DNA of 64,000 nucleotides from Polymyxa betae A26-41 (Eukaryota > Protista > Endomyxa: Phytomyxea), in NCBI GenBank assembly GCA_003693705.1, contig RBZT01000219.1, forward strand, positions 1 through 64,000. The letters run 5' to 3'. The notes below the pieces were generated by a model. It ran no database searches, had not been told where the DNA came from, and saw only the letters and a program-made list of their open reading frames with translations. This document shows positions 38,031 to 49,600 of this stretch, one piece after another (within the stretch, counting starts at the first letter, position 1; each line of letters begins with the position of its first letter). Both the position numbers and the translations under genes were made by a program.

Positions 38031-38315
38031 CAAGATATCTTATCATCCGCAATAAAATATCGAGTGAGTGTCATCCGTCAACACCGTTCGCGTTCGTGGA
38101 TGACATAACAGACTGTATCAGCCCAATCGCAGATATGCATACGAAATGTAGAAACACCAATGTTGCATTCATGTAAAGCTTAGTGTAGTGTTGAAGTGTA
38201 ACATTTGAAAGATGTTGAACACAATGACGCAGGAGGCCGCACACCTCATCATTACATCTCACATTTTCTTCATTCTTGTGTCTTCGTCATTTTACATTTA
38301 AACACGCCGCCGCCA

Positions 38316-40253
38316 ATGGCGGCTCCACGCCGTATTTATACCAAAGCGGAAATCAGGTTATTGGCAGGCGCGCCTGGCGCCCTAGCTCGTCCGCCGAATC
38401 TGCTTGCTCTTATTGACCGGTGGGTATCAGATTGGCAAGGCTGGCTTCGAGTCAGCAGTTGATCTGATATGTAGGTCAAAATCTGAAAAGCATGGATCAC
38501 CCGACAGAACCCATGCCTCTGTAAGAACTCACCATAAAAGTCAAAAGCAGAGGAATGCGCTCCATGGTATATCTGTCTTTCTGTTTATGGAACTTTGACA
38601 TATGTGGTATAGGTTCATCTCAGATATCTCCTGCTCAGCAACGATGGAAGCCAAAGCACAGTGAGCAGAAATCTCACAACGGCTATACAACGTAACAATC
38701 GTATTCATTTTTTTACATGTTATTTACTAATTGTAGTCGACACTGGGACCAGGCCCCAGGTAAACAGATACTATGCATTGCTTCTACTGTGGTAAAAGTA
38801 TACAGCACATGTTGGGGATGAAGAAGAGGAACCTGAATGGGCTGACGAAATTGTCGATTACAATGAGAACTTTGATTTCAGGTAGTCATTGTTTAATACT
38901 CCCTGTAGCTTTCTGATTTATGTCGCAGTCAAGCTACCTTGGAGCGAGATAAAAACAAAGCAGGTATAAGCGGCTCACAAACGCCTTCGATTATTTCTGC
39001 CTTGCTGCTTAGAGCAACCAAGGGCTTCTTTGGATGCTGTCCCGGAAGTTACTGCATCCGCTCCTAAAATGTCGCGATTTGGGTTCGCTTTGGAAGAGTC
39101 CCTGGATCCGGATGCTTTCAGCCAGATGCGAGCGCCGATACCAGCGGTGTCTGAGCAAGTGCATTTATCAGATTCACAGCCACTTGAATATTCTCATGTT
39201 CGCCATTCGAGGTCAACCTTATCTTGTTGTTTATGTTTAATTAAATTGGCATTCAGATTCAAGTTCACTGAGACATTAGAACCCCCTGCTGATGAATCTT
39301 CATCAACCCTCCGGCAGGTTCGTCTGTTGTCATTTTACGAACTTCCTGATAAGGGCGCTTAGGGCTCCGTACCAACTTCACAGTTTGCGGTCCGCCATGA
39401 TCAAATGGAGCAATTGCAGATTGACGATCTTAATGCCCGTTTTGCCCCTCAACATGAATCGAGGGCTGATACTCGGGCTCACATTAGGCAAGAACGTCCA
39501 GCTTATAATCCATCATCTGTGGCATTGAATGCCACTCCACCAAGTCATCCGACGTCAGTTGATTTGACTCCGTCCCTATGTACATTGCGCTGACATTGCA
39601 TCAGTTCATCTGTCCCCAGAGGCAAACCTATTGAGGTCTCACAAATGTTCCAGATGTACGCGTTAACAAACTCCCTTCCTTCGACGCCATCCCATCAACA
39701 AATGATGCCACCACAACTTATGCAGCCGCCTAACCACCATGGTGTTGCTATGCACATGAATCTACCGTTATCGTCTGACAATATCCCCCCGATGGGCAGT
39801 ATGCCAGCATTCCACTCCAATTCCGTACCAGCCAACCTCTACAATCATACTTTACCTGGTCCACCTCCACCTGGTCTTCGCCCCGGTCTTCACACCCCAT
39901 CTGCTTCTAACAGGCCACTTATAATTGCCGGATTGGGTCATCAGCAACCACAGGTGCATCATTCTGGAAGACAAATTCCACAACCAGTGTCTACTCGTTC
40001 GAAATCGAGTTCAAGCGATAACAGGCGGAGTAAAGACGAATCTGGCCAATCTTCTAATCGGCCGAAAGCTCCTGTGCCAGCTCCTGCTGCTCCTCCATCC
40101 TACGTTCGTTCGTATATGAATATACAAATACCGCAGCAACCAGCAAACTCAGGTTATTATGTTCCACCTGGGATGACAACCAATCCTTCGCAAGGTTTTA
40201 TGGGGCAGCACTTATCTTATCCCCCACCGCCTCCGCATGCCCCTTATAGGTAA
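38316..40253 (+). CDS. Low-complexity protein with 4E-T/GIGYF-like short motifs
   Basis: N-terminal RIYTKAEIRLL....ARPPNL, internal EEEEPEWAD...FDF and SRFGF, and a Pro/Gln/His-rich C-terminal exon. Confidence 0.5.
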
Positions 40254-40627
40254 TAAATATATGACAGTCAATGAAATTCATACTTGAACGAATACGCTTG
40301 GATCCAAGTTTAGAATTTTTGAAAAGGAAAACGCTTTCTGTTGACTGCACTTCCGGAAACCAATTATTTGCATCATTTGTCCGCACTGAGACATTTTATG
40401 GATTGCAGACGTTACCCTCAATCTTGTCAATGTTTACGTCAATTCATCCTTTCAAATTTCCTGGGTTGAGATTCGAGTGCTTCCATCTACTTCTCGTCTA
40501 CAACCAGTGTGTAATCGTGAATAGGATCATCCTGATACCGTGATATGATGAGCATGAATGTAGTTAACATACCATGTTGATTGACCGTGACGCTGTTATA
40601 TTCATTTATCAACTCTCATTATTCACA

Positions 40628-41266
40628 ATGTCGTCCGAGGATGGTTATAAGATCGGCCAAAAGGCCCCGGATTTCGTTCTTGTCGACCAGAATAACCAGC
40701 CAGTAAAGCTATCCGATTTTCAGGGAAAACGCAACGTTGTACTGTTCTTCTATCCCAAGGACAATTCCCCGGGCTGTACCAAGGAGGCATGCTCTTTTCG
40801 TGATAAGATCACTGCTTTTAACCAGCTCGATGCTGAAGGTTGATTATTGTTTGTTATTGTTGATAGAGTTTTGTTGATGCTTGTGTAGTAATTGGTATCA
40901 GTAAAGATACTGTATCGTCTCATAAACGCTTTGCCGAAGATCAAGGCTTGACATTCCGGTTATTATCAGTACATATTTGGTCTAATATGAAGCTGAATTA
41001 TTAACTAACATGGTGCAGGATGAAGGTGGAAAGGTCAGGAAGATGTATGGTGCTACAAGCTTCCTTGGTATGGATGGACGGGTCACATTTGTCATTGACA
41101 AACAAGGCATAATTGCCGACGTTTATGATAGCCAGGTATAGAGCATGCACATCTTAGGGTATGACACAGCTTAATGAAGTTAACCCAGATCTGGTTCAAC
41201 GAACACGTCAAGCGAGCCAATATGGCGCTGCAGCGGCTTCTAGATCGATCGGGGTGTACGTCATGA
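40628..41266 (+). CDS. Peroxiredoxin, BCP/PrxQ family (4 exons)
   Basis: IGQKAPDF...VVLFFYPKDNSPGCTKEACSFRD (PxxxTxxCxxxxC type, with Ser for Thr) and GRVTFVIDKQG. Confidence 0.92.
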
Positions 41267-42161
41267 TCGCAAATGTTAATTTTGGGGAATTGCAGTGTTC
41301 AATTTTAACAACACACAGCATTAGTATTTGAGAATTGTCGGAAATTCATCCTACTTTTGTACGCCAAATATTCGTCCTGTTTTGGTTTTAGAATTCGTGG
41401 TCGTATCATTAAACACTGCGATCTGATAAACCGGGATGAAAACTTTCAGTAGTACCTGTATACAACTAGAATACCTCCCCGTATAACTCCAATTTGCGCC
41501 CTAACCTGCCTCCGTCCGGAATTACAGTTGCAGACATCTATACTCTATAGTACGTTATGGGCAACCATTCCAGGGATTATAGTGGGAGCCGCAGACCCTT
41601 GTATGGACCAAGCTTGATGTACAACGGTAGAGCTCGTTGAGTCCGCAGCACTCTTACGTCTCAAGGTCAGAAAAAAGTTGTTGAGACGTTATCACACTTT
41701 AAATTTGTATGAAGCTCGACAAAACTGTTAAGACCAGAAATGAGAAATACGATGGTTTTCGTTCAGCGCACCTTTTCTTCCAAATCTAATAAAGTATTTA
41801 CTCCATGTGTGAATTTTTTTTTTTGAGAATTCAAGCTCAGATAATGCCCTGCCTGGCTGCAGCGCTCAGAAAATATGCCCCGAAATCAAATCGTTACAAT
41901 TTATTACATTCGCATCAAAGATTTTGGAGGAAACTCATCATGTCGGCAAATTGGCATGCAGTCACGAAAATTCCTCTTCGGATCAGAACCTGATATTTTG
42001 CGGATATCGCCCTGATTTTGTATACGCACATTTATACAGACGCTTCTTTTTAAAAATTTCCGGCCAACTGCCAATAGTAGGCTTTGCCACAGACGCACTT
42101 TTATGAACACCTGTTTGTTTATAATAAAGTCTCAAAGTTATTGCCATTTTCAAACTGTTTC

Positions 42162-42887
42162 ATGTCGCTGCCGGCCGATTTCTTCTCGCCTTCCGCAGGC
42201 GTCGTCCCAAAAAAATCCAGCACCAAACGTGGACCGATACCGTCCATATCGTCAAATTCGCCTCCTGCTGCGAAGAAGGCGAAACCGTCTGCTGTGGACG
42301 CTTCTAAACCGTCATTAAGACCTGTTCAGATTCCAGTTCTTGTTGATTCCAATCCAGAAAACCTCATGTATTTTGGTTTTGTTTTCATTTTCTTTTCATC
42401 TTAGAACTCAGCCGTTATCTTGATATTATTCTAGATTTGAAAATGTGTTCGCAGTTGATATATTTGTGGGCCTTTTAGCGTCTTTCAATTCTTTAACTAA
42501 CATCGTTTGCGAAAGTGATGCTTTACGCGACTTCGAGCAAGACATGGCCGAGATTTCCACAGATCAGACTCGACAATCTCAGAAAATATCAAAGGCTTTA
42601 CAGAAGGAGCTGGCTGATCAAGAACAGACAGAACATGAGTAAACATATCTCTCAACGTAAAGACATTATTGTGCTAAATCATCAATTTCAGGGAGAGGCT
42701 TAATCGTGTCGCTGAACTCCGTCGTAAAACCGAAATCTATCGGCAAGGCAAACAGACGCCACAAGAACGCCCAGCGCCTCTATCCCCTTCATCGTCGAGG
42801 CCAGGAACGTCTAAAACAGGACCTCCTTCTGCGAGGTCGCTATCTCTGGATCCTGAATCGATCTGGAGGAAGCGAACCTTATACTAA
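42162..42887 (+). CDS. Small protein resembling the ZNF830/CCDC16 C-terminal region
   Basis: MSLPADFFS, coiled DFEQDMAE...ELADQEQ..ERLNRVAELRRK and terminal WRKRTLY*; multi-exon. Confidence 0.5.
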
Positions 42888-43003
42888 ATACATATTTATT
42901 GATAGGATTGGTGATGACCACAGCTTAGATGGTAGCGGACGCCTTCTCTTAACAAATTCATCCCATTCCGGAGCGGATCGACTGCTAGGCTGCCTCGCCA
43001 TCA

Positions 43004-45040
43004 ATGTCGTTAGTAATAGCACAAAAACGTCATCGCAAGCTTAATGGTGATTACCCAACTCCATTAATCTGGGTTCAGGAGGCATATCATCTTCTCGATC
43101 AATGCATCGGTTCTCTCCTTTATCACTTTTCAACAGTCACGTTGCGTTCGATTTTGACGTACTGACCCTCAGGCCCGAATTGGAATCAAACGATGACAGT
43201 TTGGGATGCTTCATGTGGAGCAGGCAATCTGGTGCGTCTTCGCTCATTCTCATCACTGATTGCAACAACATTGAAAGGTGAAGTAAGCACACATGGCGAC
43301 CTGATCGGCCCATACAAACGATATCTATTACAGGATCTGGATCTCATCCATACAGATACCCGAGTTCAGCGTCCACTCGATTTTCTGTCCTCCATAACGA
43401 TCAGCGACGATATCAGCGATATCCTTCTCCATTCAGATGCGATCCTGTTCCTCAATAACCCTCCGTACAAAACCGTTAATGAGCAGACCTTCCATGGACG
43501 GGTACGACGTCCGGCCGGTCATACGAACACAGTGGTAAAACAGGTGGGCCCGATATTAGATGTTTGACGTGAACAATTGATTGGCGAGTTATTAGGCGAT
43601 GAAGAGAGTATCTCTTAATCGTGCAGGTGATCAGGTTAAGTGAATGATCTCCTGGATCTATTGCTCTTATTCTCTAATATATTTACATATTAGTTATCAG
43701 TACAGTTTATGTTCAAAATAACAGAGATCATGCGCATGCAAATATGTAATCAAGCAAGATTTAATAATAGATCAATATATATGGGTATATTTATACCAGC
43801 TAATATATTGACAGGACCTGCATATCATTCGTTTCGAAGGTTTTGGACTCCCATATCTGTGCAGTTCAATTAATTCATTATCTATAGCTACTTGTTGCAG
43901 CATTGGGATTATACGTCTGCATTCATGATGCCAGCGAAGGCATTCTCAGGCGTCAACGGCATCTTCTCAATCGTATTCGTTATCTGGCGCTGCCGCATGG
44001 ATATGATCCCATCTCCATCTCATATTAAGTTTGATGTTCGTCTTTTACAATCTGATATTCATCATACTAATGTGGAGGATATTGGACATCTGACCTTATC
44101 ACCAGCACGATACGACCAACGCATCAATCTATGGGCAAAATCTCGCCGATCATCGACATCAAATCTGTGCAGTATGACGCCGCTCACCAGCCCATTGACT
44201 GTACAGACCACTTGCCGGTATTACTGTCGTTAAAACTTAGGATTTAGGGTTTAGGGTTTCGTTGCAGGTATTCTGCTCTGACGCAGCTACCGTCAGATGC
44301 AATAGGTTATCTTCATTCTAATGGAAACAGTGTTCAACATAATGGTCAGTTAGTGGGGCTGTATTCCTCAGCATTCGCTGCTGGTCATGGTGTAGTTGTC
44401 CGACCTGATAACTTTGAAAGAATTTGTGCTGTATTCACAGCTCGACGTCTGATAACACGTACATGGTCGAACTGGCTCTTGGAATATTGCTGGCCAAGAG
44501 TTGCTTCAGGGTTTGATTGTTGGTGTCGTGATGCCGTTATATTCGCTTTGTTCGATGTTAAGGCCAATCAGTCAGCATTAAGGTCACCCCGAATCATCAA
44601 TCAATGGTTCTGGATGGGTCGTGACCATATCCGTTCGTGTTCCTGCGATAAAGTCGCTGTGGATCTCGGCTCAGATCATCCGGCGTCGGAGAGGTTTGTA
44701 TACCAATGGATTCAACGAAATCGTTCTCTTTTAGGTCTGTCCAATCTGTTTGAGTATTGAGTTGCTCTGTTTGAGCTTGGTCTGCTTAACAGGAGCGGAA
44801 GCGGAAACATTATTATCATTTGCAGAGAATACTGTATCGGAATCTATGTGGTTAAGATTAGAAGGTGATTATGGTACCGATTCCTGGGATGCCGGATGGT
44901 ATCAAATAAGGAAATTGATCTGTTCGCATGGTGGAGATGAAGCTCGACGATTTCTTCACACATGGAATCAGTTAAGAGCTAGACTAGCAGCCCATCTCAT
45001 CGATGGCGTCTATAAATTCGGATTTCTACCTCGTCAGTAA
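43004..45040 (+). CDS. Bacterial restriction-modification-type amino (N6-adenine or N4-cytosine) DNA methyltransferase, about 7 introns, about 550 aa
   Basis: The spliced frame is intact: motif X GDYPTPLIW, motif I VWDASCGAGNL, LDFL, motif IV FLNNPPY, later MTase strands (QFMFKI, GIFIP..IL.G, AF.MPA.AF.GV...FSIVFVIW), then a long TRD-like region ending WDAGWYQIR...VYKFGFL. Confidence 0.85.
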
Positions 45041-45261
45041 GCTAATAGCGAGCTCATTAACAGTTTTGAAGATCAATTTTGAATAAACTTGAATCGATGT
45101 AACTCAGAGTGAAAGTTTCCATGAAGTTTTCCATAAAGTCAGACGCATGAGATGGCGTCGGATTAGGCCTTGAAAACCTGTGGTGACGATCGTCCGGCGG
45201 GCGGTGAATTTATGCCCGGAGCCATGCCGTCATTATCCAGGTCCGAGAATTCATTTCCATT

Positions 45262-46545
45262 ATGGTCATGGAACAATCAGCAGAGGGTCTCGTTAATCTG
45301 CCTTATGGTCTTCAATCCGAATATTTCTATGATGCCTCCCATCGTCTAATGTATAATTATGACGCTGATAGCCGTCCTTTCTTTGTCCCGCCGGGCTACA
45401 TGCGTATCGGTTTGGAAGAGCATCGCATCCGCTGTTGCCCGCCGGGCTTGTACGACCTGGAACCGCACGAGAAATTCCAGGCGGTCCAGATGCGATTCTG
45501 TGCACCTAATACTGACATGGGTAGCAACGTTGTTGTTGACGTGCCTACTGGCGATTTCACTGAAGCGGTCTTAATACGACAGCCAACTCGCGACATTTAT
45601 GAAATGCAGCTGATCGTACAGGCCCGCATCACAGCCATGAAGAAATTCGCGATGGCGAACTCTTCGAACCCCGGTGCGGTCGTCTACATGATCATTCGCA
45701 ACGAAGTTGTGCAGAATTTACAGAGTCTTGAGGCGCCGCAGACGCTGTCGTCGAAACGCGTTCTGAATGCCCTGAATGAGAAGACGGCGTCAATCGGTCT
45801 GTCGATACGATCGGTATTCGTTGATACGGTCACGTACGATCACAAATTTCGCTCGAACCGTGGCCCACCGAAACGTTTTCCAGCTTACACAGGACCAGCA
45901 GCAAAAAGTGTGCATTCTGATGGACCTGTAGCAACACCGTTAGAAGACGTTGACCCGGTTGTAAATCTTCGAACGGATATCCCACCTTTACGTTTAGCAA
46001 AGCTGCATCACATGAACAGAAACGATTTACAGACAGACAAGTCGATGTCGGGATTAAGTTCTGATATCGCACCATCTGTAATATTACAGGCTGGTAGTCC
46101 TGCATCTGCTGATGTCTTAAAGCCACAAATCACCAGCCCAATGGTGCCAACTGATGTTAATGAAACCAAAAGCCAGGTTGAGTCCTGCGATAATATCCCT
46201 GTTGTTGACACGACGCCGCCACCGATGATGTTGGGACGCAAGTATAACAGTTATTCGGCATCTGATAGTGATGATATCACTGGTACATTCGAATCGAACC
46301 GTTTTCGTCCACGTCGACGTGAATCAAGTTTGTTAGCGCGTATGGCAACAGCAGCCCAGACGAGTTTGTTCCCTGGAAAAGCAGCAACTAAGGATAGTGG
46401 CCGCGAACATCTTTCGAGTTCATCGTCTTCAGCGTCGACCTGGTCGCTCTGCAATTGTGAGGCCCGAGATGAAGATGAGGATGCTTATCTGTCTGAAAGC
46501 AATAATGATGATGATGATGATGACGTGGCAAAAGAGCAATCATAA
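45262..46545 (+). CDS. 427-aa protein, possible divergent SPFH/band-7 domain plus disordered acidic tail
   Basis: VPPGY..IG.......PPGLY, TRD....L.VQARIT and LNEK...IGLSIRSVFVDTV follow the SPFH pattern; intronless. Confidence 0.55.
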   Translation: MVMEQSAEGLVNLPYGLQSEYFYDASHRLMYNYDADSRPFFVPPGYMRIGLEEHRIRCCPPGLYDLEPHEKFQAVQMRFCAPNTDMGSNVVVDVPTGDFTEAVLIRQPTRDIYEMQLIVQARITAMKKFAMANSSNPGAVVYMIIRNEVVQNLQSLEAPQTLSSKRVLNALNEKTASIGLSIRSVFVDTVTYDHKFRSNRGPPKRFPAYTGPAAKSVHSDGPVATPLEDVDPVVNLRTDIPPLRLAKLHHMNRNDLQTDKSMSGLSSDIAPSVILQAGSPASADVLKPQITSPMVPTDVNETKSQVESCDNIPVVDTTPPPMMLGRKYNSYSASDSDDITGTFESNRFRPRRRESSLLARMATAAQTSLFPGKAATKDSGREHLSSSSSSASTWSLCNCEARDEDEDAYLSESNNDDDDDDVAKEQS

Positions 46546-46639
46546 CGACCACAGATCCAATTCATTAATACAACAAATGTGCTGGTTGCTGTCCATCTTG
46601 TTTGTAAAAGTTTACAATATTGTATTGACATGATGATAG

Positions 46640-49600
46640 CTAATTAGACTCATCAGCTTCAACATTCTCACTGACATAACTCGAGACAAAGTCAACAGCA
46701 AGCTGCGTGTGCGATACTTTACGAATTATTTCAGCAACTGTCAAAACATGAGCAGAATGAAACTTGAATAATAGTGCTTACGATGTTCCAACGAGAGACG
46801 TGATAGATAATGCCCATAGAGATCGACAAATGATCCATATGATGCTGAAGTAGGAGGACGGGCTAGAAGGACCTCTGACAGGTAATCGATTAGAATTACA
46901 GACTCGGTCAAACCTGGAACTGATTCTGTCTCTTGTAATTCGCGAATACGAGGAGCAAGACGTGTAAGAATAGCCACCGTCTAATAATCATCAATTACGA
47001 AATCAGACATGCACAAGTGAATGTTCGAAAAATGGAATCATGTAAAATAGGAAAGTTCAATACTAACACGGTCGTTGACAGCATTTCGGACAGATCTGTA
47101 TGCATCAGTGCCACCACTAAGCACGACTTTATAGTCCAGAGATATTTGACCTGACCGAAGACGTTCCAAGATCTAATGTCAATTAATAATGGGAAAGACT
47201 TGGTCAGCATATACATACGCTGATATGTTTCTGTAAGCGAGATTGAGATGATGGTGATATATCTGATTGACGACTTCTAAGTTGGTATAGTAATAAGAGC
47301 CGGGTGAAATCAGTGCCATCTGCCGAGGACATGGCCAATTCGAACCATGATCCAGACACCGATTTTATGCATGTTGCACTTAACTGATATAAAAGTCAGA
47401 GAAGGATTTCACTGGATTAAACACCAACTTGATCCATGTGGTGCTCAAGAGCAACGGGATCCTTAATGGATTTGAAAGCGAAAGAGAGATGTTGGGCGAA
47501 TAATTGTCCAGGGTCGTGATTGTATTGAGCAGCAAGAGATATAGCCGCATGAACATCGCCAATTCCCAAACTACAATGAGCTCATTTAGGAACTGAAAGT
47601 ACATAAAACCACCACATAATGAACCTGAGCACAAGACGTGATAGAGTTTCTGATGCGTATTCATTACTGGATATAAAATGTTCTAGATCAAAATCAATAT
47701 CAACACCATGTAGTAAATTGCTTGTGCGTTCTATTTGTCGTCGGCGTTGCTGAAGGGCAACGATCGAGCGTTCCTCCGATAATTCGCTGAGCAACGTCTC
47801 CGTTGATGCCGATAACAAATCACAAACATCTGCACCACGATCCGCTAAAAGTGTAGTTGATACGAACCTTAGCGCAAAATCGGCATCATCAACGGTAGAA
47901 ATGGTCTGCTCTAGAAGTGCAATCGCTTCTGAGCGTGGTAATGACCAAAGATGTGCCATTAAAGAGACATAACTGTCATGCATCAATGATATGATCTTAT
48001 CTTTGGCATCGATAGAAGTTCGTGGTGGTAGCTTCTCTAAAGAAAGGATATCAGCAAATTCCAGCAAATACGAACAAGTTTGTCAAAATACTGTGTAGAA
48101 TCTGATCGACGACGTTCAAAACACAAAGTGATTCGAGGCGTTCATCGATGTCGTCTCGTTGATCAGCTTCATTGGCTGCATGAACACATTGTAGCAATTG
48201 TGAGTCTGGGCACGACCAGATGGCGTGACAGTACAGATCGCGACCACCAATCTCCACACAGCCCTTCCAGCCATCAGAAAACGAATGCGTTGCCATTGCC
48301 AACGAAGCCATCGATTCCTGTAAAACGTCACGACAGTAAAGATGATAACTGTTTAGCAGTTACCGAAAACGATCTTAGCCTGGGTGATGTTCTCGATGCT
48401 TCAACGGCGCATTGCATCAGGAGGCGAGATGTCGCTGCTGAATCGAGATTGAGGATGCGGGCGAACTCCTGAACCCAATTAGAATGCATCGCTTCTAAGC
48501 AGACTATTAAAACAAAGACACTATTTCGGCTGTGCAATCTACCTTCATGATGAACAACACAGTGCTGAATGAATCTCTGCAATAATTGATCCCGGTACAA
48601 TTCCGAACGCAATTCGATCGGCTTTAAGCATCGCATTCCTGGAGTTGGTTCATATCAAATGCTGAAACTATCAGCAGATCAAAAATTCACAGGCCGTACC
48701 GATTTTGTAAATGAAAGACCATGCGTGCATTAGGGATCGCTCCAAGGCGACGTCATCAGAATGATCACAAAGAGCCAGAATGGCACGAGCTGTCAGCATG
48801 TGCGGATCAGACCCAACGTCAACATTCTCTGAGCCCAGATTGAATTGATGTCGCGCCTCCATTAAGGCGATCTCCTGGAATCTCTCACGATCAATCAGGT
48901 TGGAGAATTGGCGCCCAATATCGATCTGTCCACTGCCTAAAACTGCCGCCAGAAACAGCTCCTGAATGTCTGTCAGACACGAAATGAATGTGGAAAAAAG
49001 ATATCAAAAATAGGAGAGAATTTTGGCATGATTGAGTTACCTGACATCCTGATACATGTTTGGGTCCAACAATAGTATACAGATCATCAAGTAGACCTGC
49101 ATATCGTCTTGATATTGTTCCAGTATTAATCGGTGATGTTCGAATTTCATCCATAATCAGTCTGTTTACCAATTCCAACGTTGGCTCAAGCTATCTGTAA
49201 GTTTAGTTCCAATAAGAACGATATCCAGTAATGTGACATACAGCATCCGGTGCTGCAAAAAACGAAGGAGAATGGGGCTGTCGGCGACGAGCACTAACAG
49301 CAGCGCTGCTCACCCAGCGACCAGTTTCTGGATCACCATCGACATCAGCCAGAAATCGCAATGATTCCAGATCACCAGGTTCTTCAATGCATCTGGCAAC
49401 ACACTCTCCAGCGACCTGAATGGCTTCGGGAATCCCAGAGCGAATCATAGAGACTACCACAGCAGAACGTCGCTCAGCGAATTGTTCCACAATGTAACGA
49501 GCCAATGGCTGTCCTCGTAAGTTCGATAGAAGGCGATCGGAAACAGCATCGGCGATTTCGTCAAGCGTTGCATTATGTAACAATAAAGCGATTTCGGACA

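Noticed and set aside
42162-45040. Single fusion gene of the ZNF830-like region and the MTase
   Set aside because: The upstream frame ends naturally at WRKRTLY* (42887), and an in-frame stop precedes the MTase ATG at 43004.
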